64,000 bases of DNA from Mantamonas sphyraenae STR306 (GCA_026936335.1 JAPMXV010000018.1:217266-281265); one strand, 5' to 3'. Counted from the first letter of the stretch, positions 21,202-33,073 are shown. Notes: generated by a model not told the origin, from the sequence alone. Translations and numbers: made by a program.

Positions 21202-22671
21202 ATGATGGCGCGTCCTCGCACCCTCCTCTCTCGTGGATGGGTGCTCATGCGTGCCTCTGTGCAGCCTGCTTCATCCACAGCAGCCCGTGTGGCTGTCCGT
21301 GGAGCAACGGCTGTGCAGCTTCTGCTTCCTGGCACGAGTGTGTCACGGCAGATGGCCACACTCACACGTCTTCCAACCACCCTTGTACACAATCTAAACA
21401 CGCCCATGCGCGTTTCTCCCCTCGTGGTCTCCACGGAAGGCGCAGTACAACGAGGCGTCGTCCGTCGCCACCGCACCTCGTACGTCGTCAAGCGCCACAA
21501 GGCGTCGCAATCACTGTTTACCGCCAACACTGCCTTTGGGGCCTGGCTGGGTGTCATGTCCACACTCTCCCTCAGCATGTTTGCCTTCCACCTTTACCAG
21601 GAGGAGGTGCTGCAGGTGATCATGTTCATCCTCGAGGAAGAAAAGGACACAGACAACGCAGCAGCTGAGCCGGCGGATTCCGACACCTCGCATGCACAGG
21701 CGTCGCAGGGCACAGCAACCAACGGCACCACCCAAGCCTCGTCGTCGGGCATGTCCTGGTTTGGCTGGGGGACGTCGCAAACGACGGAGCAGAAGCAGCA
21801 GCAGCGCTCGCAAAACGCACAAGAAGAAGGAGGGGAAGGAGGAGATAGGGACGAGGATTCCCACCACTTTTTCCTACCGTTTATCTATCCGTTGGGCGTG
21901 ACGCTCACATTTGCGTCTCTGACGGCTGTGGTTGCGTACCGGCGTTCGCACAACGAATGGTTCTCCAAGCAGTTCTTTGGGCGTCTGACGGTGTCGCTGA
22001 ACACATTCCGGCATGGACGGCTGGACATCCGAACGCTGATGGAACGCAATTTGGACGAGGTGCTGTGGGGCAATCGGGTGGCCATGAACCTGATTGCAAA
22101 GGCGGCACGGCAAACCACTCCGGAGCGGCCGTTTCTGATGCTGGCCGCGCAGGACAGGTGGCACGTGCACAGTGCGGTCATGAGCATGATGTCCAACATG
22201 TTTGTGCCTGGATACATGCGTTTCGACCTGGGTCTGCCCATCGTGGGCGACTGGTACGTCTTTGCGCTCTCCTGCGAAAAGGACAACGACGTGCGCCAGC
22301 ACAAGGTGCGTGTGCTGATGGTACGCGAGCGCACTCTGCTGGCCATTGGACAGATGAACAAGCGACCAAAGACATTCAACGACAGGCAACATCGTTTGCG
22401 CTGGGAGACCCTCGTCAAGATGAGCCACTTGTACGACGAGTATCTGCGTGTGCACGAGACCTTTCGCGAAATGATGTCTTCGCACGAGCATGCGCCTGCA
22501 GGGGACGACGTCAACCAGCCCGCCCCGTCGCCAGACAGCTCCGTCATCGTCCACGACAATGACGACCTCGCCATCGACGAGAAACTTCCTGTTTTCCGAC
22601 GCCTGTGGGTGTCTGTGCCAGCAGACCCCGACGAGGCGTCGCGCTGGAGTGAGTGGTTGACCAAGAATTGA
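21202..22671 (+). CDS. Hypothetical membrane protein with possible mitochondrial presequence
   Basis: Arg/Ser/Ala-rich N-terminus, two hydrophobic segments, and a globular C-terminal domain FGRLTVSLN..LDIRTLMERNL..FALSCEKD..KVRVLMVRE. Confidence 0.65.
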   Translation: MMARPRTLLSRGWVLMRASVQPASSTAARVAVRGATAVQLLLPGTSVSRQMATLTRLPTTLVHNLNTPMRVSPLVVSTEGAVQRGVVRRHRTSYVVKRHKASQSLFTANTAFGAWLGVMSTLSLSMFAFHLYQEEVLQVIMFILEEEKDTDNAAAEPADSDTSHAQASQGTATNGTTQASSSGMSWFGWGTSQTTEQKQQQRSQNAQEEGGEGGDRDEDSHHFFLPFIYPLGVTLTFASLTAVVAYRRSHNEWFSKQFFGRLTVSLNTFRHGRLDIRTLMERNLDEVLWGNRVAMNLIAKAARQTTPERPFLMLAAQDRWHVHSAVMSMMSNMFVPGYMRFDLGLPIVGDWYVFALSCEKDNDVRQHKVRVLMVRERTLLAIGQMNKRPKTFNDRQHRLRWETLVKMSHLYDEYLRVHETFREMMSSHEHAPAGDDVNQPAPSPDSSVIVHDNDDLAIDEKLPVFRRLWVSVPADPDEASRWSEWLTKN

Positions 22672-22746
22672 GGTGTTGCCAATGAAGAGTGAGAGAGTGA
22701 GAGTGAGAGAGAGAGCGCTGAGAATGGCAACAAAACCCACCACCGG

Positions 22747-24533
22747 ATGACAACGCCGTACGCTCGCTTCTTGGAGGAGAACGGCCTGCCCAAGGTGCCG
22801 ATGCCGCCCCGCGACCTGGGCAAGGTGTTTGACAGCGCCGAGGAGGCGGAGAGCACCACAAAGGAGTTCAATCGCAAGAGCATGCGGCTGGAGGCGCTTT
22901 CGTTAAGCGAGCTGGATTTCGATGCGCCGCCGCCTGTGGACGACGACGAGCCCTCGGGCGGGTTCCTTTCGTCCACACTGGCCAAGGGCAAGGCAGCAGT
23001 GAGCAGCAGTAGCGGGGACAGCAACGACGGCTCGTCCAAGGGCATGGACTCTGTGTCGTCGGCACAGTACGCCCTGACGACCGCCCTCAACGTGGCCGAC
23101 CTGCGTCAGATGGTTAACCAGAACCTGGAGCAGGTGAGCACCAACCGCAAGATCATGCGGCTGGCCATTGAGCATGAGGGGTGGCTGCACAAGCAGGGAC
23201 GCAAGCTCAAGAGCTGGAAAAAAGCGGTACTTTGTGTTGCAGGGTAAGTTGCGTGGCGGCGCGGAGCGAGAGCGCGAGCCCTCTCTCACACAAACGGCGG
23301 CACACGGCGCACGGCGCACGGCGTCCCACAGGACCGTTCCTCATTTATTATTATCAAAAGGGAGGCGAGGAGAAAGGCTTCCTGAACCTGTCGCGTTGCC
23401 GTATGAGCAAGGCGCTGGTGGTGAAGGAGAACCGAGTGTGTGTGCTGCTGAAGGAAGGCGAGCGAGACCTGTATCTGCACAACACAGACGACTTGGAGCT
23501 GGACACATGGGTCAAGGTGCTCATGTGCAAGATTGCCACCGTGCAGTACCTGTTGTCGCTGGAGAGTGAGCATGGCCTGAACGCAGACCAGCGCCTGCTC
23601 AACTTTTTCGACGACCCCACTTGGATCACCTCGCTCACGCTCAGCGGCATCGAGCTGTCTCCGGATGCGTTTGAGAACGTGTGCCGTGTCATGGACTTCA
23701 ACCAGGGCCTGGAGGAGCTGAACCTGGAAAACACCTCGCTGCGTGACGAGGCGCTGCCGCCGCTGCTGGGGGCTCTGCAAGGCTTGTCGCACTGCTTCAA
23801 ACAGTTGAACCTGAGGCAAAACCTTCTGACACACCTGGGCATGGAAAGCCTGCTTGTGGGACTGGATACATTTGAGCAGCTGCGGTGGTTGCTGCTGGAC
23901 TACAACCCCATCGGAGACCAGGGGTTGCGGGCCGTAGGCAAGCTGGTCACACGCGTGGGCTCGTTGAGCAGGTTAGGCGTGGAAGGATGTCTGCTGACAG
24001 ACGATTCGGTGGTCGCCTGGAGCGAAATGATGCTGAGCATGGGCAGCCAATTGCGCTTGGAGTTTTTGGATCTGGAGAACAACGGTCTGACAGATGCGTG
24101 TGTGGAGCCACTTTGCAAAGCGATGGCAGCAAACATGTCGCTTCGTTATGTCAACCTGAGCCACAACAGGCTGGGCAACGACGGACTGTGTGCGCTGGCC
24201 AAGGAGCTGGCAACAAACGAATCGCTGCGCTGGCTGGACCTGCGCTTCAACTGCTTTGGAGAGATTGGCGGCCTTGCGTTTGCCCAGGCCATGCGTGCCA
24301 ACGAACACGTGCAGTTTGTCGACTTGAGCGGCAACGAGAACTTGAGCGCGGCCGTGGTGGCCAGTTTGTGCGAACCCGGCAAGGTCAAGATCGCCTTTCG
24401 CCACTTTGCCCTGCGCAAGAACTTGCGTCGTGCCACAGTGGTACAACCGCAGAGTAGTGGTGGTGGTGGCAGTGGTGGCAGCGAGGAAGGCACGGCGCAA
24501 GACGGGGTTGCAGCGAGCCAGAATGTGTCATGA
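22747..24533 (+). CDS. PH domain + RNI-type leucine-rich repeat protein; 1 intron and one apparent frameshift
   Basis: HEGWLHKQGRKLKSWK(K)RYFVL requires removing one A from the A6 run at 23218-23223. Intron 23244-23331. PH C-terminal helix ELDTWVKVL; LRRs such as LEELNLENTSL and LRYVNLSHNRLGNDG. Confidence 0.82.
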
Positions 24534-24577
24534 GGGGGGGGGGGTTCTCACCACACCATTCCATTCTTCATGCTGTT

Positions 24578-25935
24578 TCAAAATGTCACTGTGAACCCAT
24601 CCTCATCTTCGATGATGTTGCTGCTGGATTGCTGCTCTTGGACGCCACCCTGGTCTTGCTCTTGCTGCTGCTGCTGCTGCTGCTTCTTGTCGGCGTCTGC
24701 TGTGTTTGTTTCTGTGGCGGGAGTGGATTGTGTGTCTGTGTTGTCGGCAGGTGCGGGAGCGGCCATCGGGGCAGGCTCCTCGACAGTGATTTGGTCGGCG
24801 GGCAGCGCCTCGAGCGGTGCGCCGTAAAGGAGGTCGTAGTGGCCCGGACGATACAGGAGGGCAAACCAGGGTTTGAGCGCCTGTGGAAAGTGGTGCACAG
24901 TGCACAGCTCGCCGTCACTCTGGTCGAGGTATTCGACGCGAATTCCCACTTGAAAGTAGGTGGTCAGCGCCATGATGTGGACCTGGTCGCACTCCTTGCC
25001 CACGGGATCGACGTTTTGTCGAATAAAGTCGTCCATGGTCTGGGCACCGTCGATGAACATGGCGTAGTAGTCTGCGTTGGAGCGCAGTTGGCTGGAGATC
25101 ACAAAGCGCAGGAACGACACCACGTAGTTGGAGACTACACCGGTGCCAGAAGCAGGCATGGAACGTGTGGCATCACAGACGACGTGCCGTGTGACGTGTC
25201 AGCAGTGGAGCCATGAAGCAAAAGGATTGCAGGCGGGCGAAAAACGGGGAAGTGGGTGCTGCTTTGGGAATCGAACTCCATATCCACCACAACTGACCCT
25301 CCTTGTCGTTTGCAGCCGCAAGGATACTCTGAGAGGTGGCCTGTCCGCTGGTCACCGCAAGGACCTCCTCCAGCATGAGGTTGTAAAACTCTTCGATGAT
25401 GAGTTCGGTGTAGCCGCCGTGGTCGACGCAGAAGGCCTTGGCAGCCATCGTCTTGGCCAGGAAGCTCTCCTTGTCCTCCTGGCTGCCGTCCTCCTGCAGG
25501 TAGTGCAACGTGCCATAGAAAAATGCACGCAGGAAGCAGTTGCCATCGCCCAGAACCCTGCGCATCTTGCTGTACTTGGCTGTCAGGGCCTGTGGATGAG
25601 CGTGGGGGCCGTGTGCACAGGTCGTCGGAGGGCGAGTGTCAGCGACGTTTTCGGCTCTCTCGCCTTTGTATGGGCCTGCCGATGCGTGTTTCCCTTACCT
25701 GCACTTTCGTCACATAGACGTCTGATGCGTCTGCATACTCTGCCACCAGCGAGTCGAGTTCGATGGGATCGGTGACAAAGGGCGTGCCGTCCAACTCGTC
25801 CATGATGCGTCGCTGCTGCTCCATGATGGCCTCGTCGTCAAAGTAGGGCGACTGGTCGTCCGAAAGCATAAACGGCGTCGGGTCAAACCCGTCGTCGTAC
25901 CCCGAGAAACTGGAGTTGTCCTGACCCTTGCTCAT
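24578..25935 (-). CDS. Otubain-type deubiquitinase (peptidase C65); 2 introns
   Basis: RRVLGDGNCFLRAF (catalytic Cys), ECDQVHIMALT, LLYRPGHYDLLY (catalytic His); GT-AG introns 25698-25590 and ~25297-25136. Confidence 0.9.
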
Positions 25936-26019
25936 GGCGGTTGTGTTTGTTGTGGGTGAGCGCGCGTCACGGCTTGTTTACTGCTCTACGATGCTTACAC
26001 ACACTTGGGGCTAGGGTTC

Positions 26020-28131
26020 TCAATCGTCTGGCACCTGGTACTCCTCTTGCAGTGCACGCACGTACTCTGTCTTGACCTGGGGCGAAGCCACGGCCTTGAG
26101 TTTGTGAAACACCTGCACGTCGTCGCCATCGTACACATCGAGAGGGCCGTGCACACGGACCCCGTTGACAAACGTGGCCAGGGTCAGCTTGTACTTGTAG
26201 ACGTCATCACTCCTGGCCAGCTTCTGCACGGCAGCGTTAAAGTTGAGCTTCCGCCGCTTGCCGCCCTTCCCCGGCTTGTCTTCCAGGTGGTCGTACTCGC
26301 CGGGCCTGGACAGGTCTTTCCAGCCCTGGTCGTTCTCCACGGGCTCGACGTAGATGTCCATGTCTCCCGAGCTCTTGTTCGCCCAAAAGGTGACCTTGAG
26401 AGTCTGGTCGGGCAGCCGGTAGGTGATCTCGTCCAGGATGTGCTGGAACAGGTTGACGGTGACGTCGAAGCTGAGGTCTGCCAAAGCGCGGGTGTGGAAC
26501 ACACAGAGGTCCATCTCGGAGAGGGGCACGTATTCCATGCCAAAGATTTGTGCAGTGTTGTGGTAGGCGACCATGACCCCGTCCATGTTGCCGATGCGCA
26601 CCTGCAGGCTGTACTTGAGAAAGGCGGCTCGGATCATGTCGTAGTACTCGCGCTCATACGAGTTGCGCTCGCCTGTGACACGTGTGAGCTTGTACCCGAC
26701 GTGTTTGCGATAGTTTGCGCAGTCGATGCGGATGGCATGTGTGGCCCGCGTCTTCAGGTCGAAGGACTTGTTCTCGCGAGGGATCTCCGGGTCCCAGCAG
26801 TCGAGTTGGGAGCGCATCATGAATCGGTCGATCTTCATAAAGTGGTAGGCCTCCTCGTCGTTGTTTGGGGGCGGATTGTGGATTTTGAGCATGGAGGTGA
26901 GGTACTCTTCGGCGTCCAGGGTGAGCATGCGCTCAAGGATCTTGCCCAGGTCGAGCAAGATCTGGTTGTTGGGGGCCTCGCTGCCCGGATCGGAGTCGAT
27001 GCTGTACACAGAGTCTTTGGGACGGAGGTAGACCGAGACGGGCTTCATCGCGCCGCGGGTGAAGGAATCGCGGGCGAGTTGGAACTGGGGCGAGAGGGTG
27101 GACACGTTGACGGGTTTGAAGTTGGAAAACAGAAAGTAGAGCTGGGAGAGGACGGAGGTCATGGAGCTGGTGCTGGCCTTGTAGCGGCAATTGTGCTGCA
27201 GGGCGAGGTTGTGCAGGTTCTTGTCGGTGCTGGTGGTGACAAAGGGCGGGATGGCGTCAAAGTCGATCTCGGCCGGGTCGTGGATGTGGGCCAGGAACGG
27301 GTCAAAGTAGAAATCGCCCGTGCGGGGATCCTGTACATAGTGAAGGCCCGGGTTGGTGACCGCGTGACGTAGCGAGCCGGCAAGGAGAGGCACGGGGATG
27401 TCTGTGGGCGAGGGGATGATCTCATGGGTGGGAAACTCCATGTCCATGGCATCCATGTTGTCCTGCACGGTGCGGCTCTGCTTGGCCTGCTTGCGAGCAA
27501 GGCGCTGCTGTTCTTCGCGGCGTTTGACTATGCGGTGTTGGGGTTCTTCAAAAGGTTTGGAGCGGTAAATGATGCCCTGGGACGGACTGCTGGCCATGAC
27601 GATGTTGTTGAGGCCACGGGGAGCCGCGCGGGTGGGCGGCTTCTCCGCAAAGGCCTGCTGAAAGGCCTGGTCAAAGGCGCCGCGCTTGGGACGGGAGGAA
27701 GATCTGGAGGCATTGGGCTGGGAGGCAGACGGCGGCGAAGATGATGACGACTCCGGGGATGTGGATGAAGAGGTGGCAGCAGCGGCCTTGCGTGTGCTGG
27801 TGCCGCGTTCGAGAAGTTGGAGAACACGCTCGGGCCGGGGCTTGGTGCTGGCGGTGGAGGCGTCTGCGGCCATGGAAGCAAGCTGGCCCTGGGGCGGGAG
27901 GGTGCCTGGAGAAGGCGCTGGCGCGTCTCTGGGTGCGGATTTTGTCCTGCGGGAGCGTCGTCGGCGTGCAGCGCGCGATGCATTTGTGGCGTGGCGGACA
28001 AGCAGCAGGGCGTCGCGGCCTGGTTGGCTTGTGGAGCACAGGAGAGAGGAGGAGGAGGAGGAGGAGGAAGCGCTCACTATGTGGGCGACAGCCGAGGCTG
28101 GGACGAGGGAGGAGGTACTGCGTCTCAGCAT
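26020..28131 (-). CDS. PET127: Mitochondrial RNA 5'-end processing nuclease Pet127
   Basis: NPGLHYVQDPRTGDFYFDPFL, ASTSSMTSVLSQLYFL, MRSQLDCWD..FDLKTRA, EREYYDMIRAAFLKYSLQVRIGNMDGVMVAYHN; presequence-like N-terminus. Confidence 0.92.
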   Translation of the reverse strand: MLRRSTSSLVPASAVAHIVSASSSSSSSSLLCSTSQPGRDALLLVRHATNASRAARRRRSRRTKSAPRDAPAPSPGTLPPQGQLASMAADASTASTKPRPERVLQLLERGTSTRKAAAATSSSTSPESSSSSPPSASQPNASRSSSRPKRGAFDQAFQQAFAEKPPTRAAPRGLNNIVMASSPSQGIIYRSKPFEEPQHRIVKRREEQQRLARKQAKQSRTVQDNMDAMDMEFPTHEIIPSPTDIPVPLLAGSLRHAVTNPGLHYVQDPRTGDFYFDPFLAHIHDPAEIDFDAIPPFVTTSTDKNLHNLALQHNCRYKASTSSMTSVLSQLYFLFSNFKPVNVSTLSPQFQLARDSFTRGAMKPVSVYLRPKDSVYSIDSDPGSEAPNNQILLDLGKILERMLTLDAEEYLTSMLKIHNPPPNNDEEAYHFMKIDRFMMRSQLDCWDPEIPRENKSFDLKTRATHAIRIDCANYRKHVGYKLTRVTGERNSYEREYYDMIRAAFLKYSLQVRIGNMDGVMVAYHNTAQIFGMEYVPLSEMDLCVFHTRALADLSFDVTVNLFQHILDEITYRLPDQTLKVTFWANKSSGDMDIYVEPVENDQGWKDLSRPGEYDHLEDKPGKGGKRRKLNFNAAVQKLARSDDVYKYKLTLATFVNGVRVHGPLDVYDGDDVQVFHKLKAVASPQVKTEYVRALQEEYQVPDD

Positions 28132-28238
28132 CGAGGGAGAAAACTGGGTTGGGTGGGGCAGGGAAGGGGAGGTGTGGATGCATTGTGGGGCGGATCTGGT
28201 TCCATTTTGGGTTTGTGAGCACAGTGGGACGCAGGCGA

Positions 28239-29306
28239 TCACTCCAGCTCCAGCTCCTCAACAAAGGTGACCACGTCACGGAGGGACTGGAACAAAGACG
28301 GATCAAGGATCCCGTCGAGTTTGGCCAGCGCTTGCTGGGCACGGAAGAGCATGGCACGCGTCTTCCATTGTTCGTCCGACAACCGATGGCTGCTGCTTGA
28401 CTCCTCGCTGTCGTCGTCCTGCGTCTCCAGGACGGAGCCGTGGATGAGAAAGTTGCGTGGGATCTCGGGAAACTGGGAACGCGGATGGTCGTGCAGGAAC
28501 TGCTTGGTGGCATCGTGGATGCGGCCGTAGTCTGCGTCCTTGTCACCAAATTCAACACAGGCTACTTGGATGCCGTGCTCGGCAAACAGTTTCTCGGGGT
28601 CGTCGAATCCGGATTCCGGCAGCGCGCCGAAACGCATCCACTCTTGGTAGAAGGCATCCATGGACGGGCTGTGAACCATGGCTGCGTTGAGAACATCGCC
28701 GGCAATGCGTGAGCCGGGCGCCATGAGGAGATGGAGCTTGTCCAGGACGGTGTGGACGTCGTCTTCCTTCAAATACATGAGCAGGCCTTCAATCATCCAG
28801 AATGACGGGATGTTGGGTTGGAAACCATGTGCAACCAGGGCCGAGGGCCAATCTGGATTGCGCAGGTCGTAGGAGATCTCGCACACGTTGTCTGTGGCCG
28901 CACCAAGCTGGCTGAGAATCCGTTGCCTGAACTTCATCACCTCGGGCAGGTCGATCTCCCACACGCTGGCGGACTCGGGGAGGTTCAGACGGAATGAGCG
29001 TGAGTCGCCACCGACGCCCAGCATGACGATTTGCTCAATGCCTGCCTCGTTGACAGCCTGCACGACCTTGTCGTCGAGAAAGCGAGTTCGCACAGCGACG
29101 GCGGACACGGTGGAGTCCAAGTCGCCACTCATGGCCGCAAGAGCGTTGAGAAATTCAAATCCAAAGTCGGTGGCCATGTGTTCGGCAAAGGGATCGGCAA
29201 ACAGCCGCACCTCGGGGTCTTTTTCCGTCTCCTTGGCGCGCGCCGCCGCGATGTACAGCGCGGTGGCACCCAGGGGACATTCGTGGTCCTCAAAGACGGT
29301 GGTCAT
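28239..29306 (-). CDS. SAM-dependent methyltransferase, LCM/ML2640-like family
   Basis: TALYIAAARAKET..LFADPFA, VRTRFLDD, QIVMLGVGGDSRSFRL, WEIDLPEV, WMIEGLLMYL. Confidence 0.88.
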   Translation of the reverse strand: MTTVFEDHECPLGATALYIAAARAKETEKDPEVRLFADPFAEHMATDFGFEFLNALAAMSGDLDSTVSAVAVRTRFLDDKVVQAVNEAGIEQIVMLGVGGDSRSFRLNLPESASVWEIDLPEVMKFRQRILSQLGAATDNVCEISYDLRNPDWPSALVAHGFQPNIPSFWMIEGLLMYLKEDDVHTVLDKLHLLMAPGSRIAGDVLNAAMVHSPSMDAFYQEWMRFGALPESGFDDPEKLFAEHGIQVACVEFGDKDADYGRIHDATKQFLHDHPRSQFPEIPRNFLIHGSVLETQDDDSEESSSSHRLSDEQWKTRAMLFRAQQALAKLDGILDPSLFQSLRDVVTFVEELELE

Positions 29307-29393
29307 GGAGAGAGGGTGTGTGTGACGGGTGCAGGGATGTGTGTATGTGTGTGTATGTGTGTGTGTGGTGTTGCAGTGCGGCGATTCGCGCAT

Positions 29394-32300
29394 TCAGTAC
29401 ACCCTGCTCACCAGCTTCCTCTTGTGGCGCCATCGCCATCGCATTGTGCTCAGAGCAGTCTCTTGATTGGCTTCGACGAAAAACAGGTTGTCCAGCAGCT
29501 GGTAGAGCTTGGGATGCTTGGCCATCCAGGCGACAAAGCTGAGCTCAAAGCCAAAGCTGAGACTCATGGAGGACGTGCCATCCAGATCCTGCATGGATGT
29601 GCTGGTGGAGTAGGCTGTGGCCAGAGGGGAACCAGGGGTGTCTTTGGGATCAAATGCGGCATCGTCGGCCAGGCTGTTGCTGCTTCCGCTGCTGCTCATG
29701 CCCTGACCCGTGCTCTGACTGCCCTGGATCTGTTCGAGGGCGTAGCAACCAAAGGCCACGAGGTAAAAGTATCGCTCGAGGTAGTTTGTGGCGCGGCGGA
29801 GATAGTACTCGCGCTTGGCTGGCTTGGGGTGGAGCTCGCCCTGGCGTTTGCACTGTTCCGTTGCATGGCGCAGACTCTGCATGGCGTTGCACTTGTCGAT
29901 GGCTGCGTCGACCAGTCGCTTGACGCGTGTGCCGTCCATGTGCTCGACGAGCGAGCGGATGACAGCAAACTCGCCGTTGAGCAGATCGGGAGTGTCGAGT
30001 ACACTCTCGGTTTCAAAGGCCAGCCGCTTGAGCTCATGAAAGGCGTGACCCAGGTCGTCGTTGACAATAACCGCGTCGAAATTGCTTTCGTCGATGGTGT
30101 GGCCTTCCATCCATTGGGCGGCCGAGGCCAGTTCCTCGTTGCGGCCGTCGTGCAGCAGGCGTGTCTCGAGAGTGTGCACATCGGGAGGCTTGACGAGCAC
30201 AAGCACAGGACGGGAGGGCAGGGCACGCGCCACTTCTGCGTGCTCAATGTACGACACAAACAGTCGGATGCGCTCGGGTCCGCCGAGGGAGTGGATGTCC
30301 ACGGAGGGCTCGGGAACAAGCAGATTGTCGTCGTCGGTGTCCAGGCGAAAGCCCAGGCGTTCCTCGTCGATTTCGGGTGTTTCCAACCCGACGTCCTCCA
30401 CCTCAAACTCTTCTGGGAACTGCTGTTCCAGGCCGTTGGCTAGGGTGCGTTTGCCGCTGCCTTGCGGTCCAATGAGGCAGATAGGCCTGCGGGGCTCACT
30501 CAAAGCACGCTGGTGAATCAGCGGCCACAGCAGGGTGGCCACGACCATGGCTGTGGTGGTACGCCCGCGTCCCATCTGGCAGTTGAACACCAGTGCCGTG
30601 TCTGGGTCGGAGCCCTTGAGCAGATCCACAAGCTCGTCAAAGTCCTTTTCCTCGGGCGCCGTTTCGTCCGTGATGGGAATGCGGTGAAAGTGGACGTCGT
30701 AGCCATGCTCGTCACGGTAGGTGCGGAAGAGCTGGGGTAGGGTGTGCACGCTCTCCAGTGGTTCGTCCATGAGGGTGTTCTTGAACACCTCTGGCTCGGC
30801 CCAAAAGTCCACACGGCCGTCGCCACGTTGGTCAACGGCAACCTGCACGGCCTGCGCGACCTTTTGCTCGAGCTGGGAAATCTCGTGGCCTTCGATGCCC
30901 GGGTAGGACACGTTCTCGTTGACATTCTCTGAGTGGCGAAGGGTGAAGGGGCGGCCGTTGACATAGAGGACGACCTCTTCGCGCATGTTTGTCCAGCGGA
31001 CCTTTCGGAATCCCTTGTCCTCGGTGAGGTACTGGAGCACCTGTTGGATGCCGTCGACGGTGGGTTGGGCACAGCCAAAGATGGGCAGGCCGCTGACCTG
31101 GCGAAAGTTGGGGACGTCGTCGCCAAACTTTTTGCGCAGCACATGGATGTCTGGGAAGTGGTCCTCCTTGATCTGGTAGCCGCTGGGTTTGTTGCTGATG
31201 GTGATGGTTTTGTGCAGGTAGCGCGTCTCTCCCAACGAGTCGAGCAGGCGGAAGAGCTGCGGGTGGGCGGCCAGCCATTTGGCAAACGATCCGTCCTGCC
31301 CCTCCTCTGCTTGCTGGTTGAGGTGGCCCGCATAGGCCACCAGGAAAAAGTAGCGTTCGAGCAGGCTAAAGGCACGGTTGAGAATGACGGTGCGGCGTTT
31401 GGGTTTGCGTTCCAGTTCGCTCGCCCGCTTTGTGACGACGATGGACTGGCGCAGGTTGACCTGGTGTCCGCAGGCGTCAATCATACGGTCGACCAGAGCC
31501 TTGAGCTCGTAGCCGCGGTCCAGATGCTGCACGAGCTTGCGGATGACCTTGAAGTAGCCGTTCTCGTAGTCGGGTGTGAAGATGAGTTCGCGCAGGTTCT
31601 GGTATGCCTCTTCGTCGTCGTCGTCTCCCATGAGGACGGTGTGTGTGGCCATGGCCTCACTCTGGCTCAGCCACTCCTCACTCTGCTGGACTAGCTGGAG
31701 AATGCGCTCCTGGGAAAAGTGGTAGCCGTCGGCGGTGCGCTCTCGGTAGCGATGGAGGACATGATCGATGGAGCGTGGCCGAATACTGATGACAAACGGG
31801 TCGAGGAGTTGTTTGCTGCTGATGATTTGGGTGGCACCCTGGTGATCGACGTCCATGATGGCAATCTTGTGTGCGTCGTGGATGGTCTGGATCTGCTCCA
31901 AGGATGTGCCGTACAGATGTTCACCGACTTGAGCCCACTCCAGAAACTCATTGTTGTCAATCATGCGCGCTCAAATTCGTCGCGCTCAACGTGGATGTGT
32001 GCGTGTTCGAGGGGCGACGAGTCACTTGGGGCAACTTCATCGTCGCGCAGCGTGCGTGTGGTGTGGGAGACGCAGAAACCGAGATCATCGGGAAATTGGT
32101 GGAGGAGGCGCTGGATGAGGAAGCTCTTGCCGACAGCCGGGGGACCCGTGATGATGACGGGTCTGCGGAAGCCCTCGAGAGGCGCGTGGGTATCGAGCGG
32201 AGGCAGATTGGTGTCGCGTGCTCGGCGGAAGTGCATCCAAAGCTGGGCCATGATGGAAGCGAGGGTAGAGCGGGTGGCACCAGTTTGGCAAGAAAACACA

Positions 32301-33073
32301 ACGGCAGCGGTGGCGTCGTGCGAGTAGGCCTGGTCGAGGACAGCAGCGATGGCGTCAAAGTCCGCTGCCTCTGCGCCGTGATCCTCGCTAATGCCCACGC
32401 GGCTGTACTGGACTTGGTCGAGGCCCTGCACGAGATCTCGCCACGTCTGGACGTCGTTGATGTCCATGGAGTCCGGCTGTGCTCCGGCACGTCCCGACGG
32501 CTGCTCTTTCCAGTAGCAGAAAGGCTGGCTGGTGTCTGAGGAAGAAGAGGCGTAGGAGAGGAGCCATTCAGCCATGTCGGATTCGATTTGTTCCGGGTCG
32601 TCGACACTGATGCGCTTGCTGAGCTTGGAGGGTGTGCGAGCGGCAAGCGGTTCGCCATTGACAAAGAGGCTGGGGTCCTCGCGGACATTGACCCAGAAGA
32701 CAGTGTGGCAGCCGAGAGAGGCGACGTGTTCGACGACGTCGACGACCCCTTTGGCCTTGGGCTGTGCGCAGGCAAAGAGGCGGAGAGAGGAAGAGAGTTC
32801 GTCGCCGTCGTTGCCGCCGTCGTCTCCATCGAGGCGAGCCCAAGGCACCTCGCGAAAGTTGGGCATGGAAGACGATGGAGAAGAGTCGGCGTCGTCGTCG
32901 TCTGCATGCGTGATCATGCCTGGGAAGTGGTCGTGCTTGAGAACGTAGCGGTCAAGGACGCGTGTTCCTTTGGCAAGAAACTCTGTGCGCTCTTTGGTGG
33001 CCTTGCGAGCTTGGGTGCCCCTCACACGCTTTTGGATGCGAGTTGCTGCGTGGTCTGGGGTCAATGAGGACAT
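29394..33073 (-). CDS. IQ-motif, paladin-like tandem PTP-fold phosphatase with guanylate-kinase-like insertions; one apparent frameshift near 31965
   Basis: IQ motif AATRIQKRVRG. Paladin motifs HDHFPG/EDHFPD, PNFREV/PNFRQV, WVNVREDP/WTNMREEV, CQTGATRS/CQMGRGRT, LERYFFLV/LERYFYLV. GK motifs PVIITGPPAVGKS, VSHTTR, FLEWAQVGEHLYGTS; second copy PICLIGPQGSGK. Confidence 0.85.
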
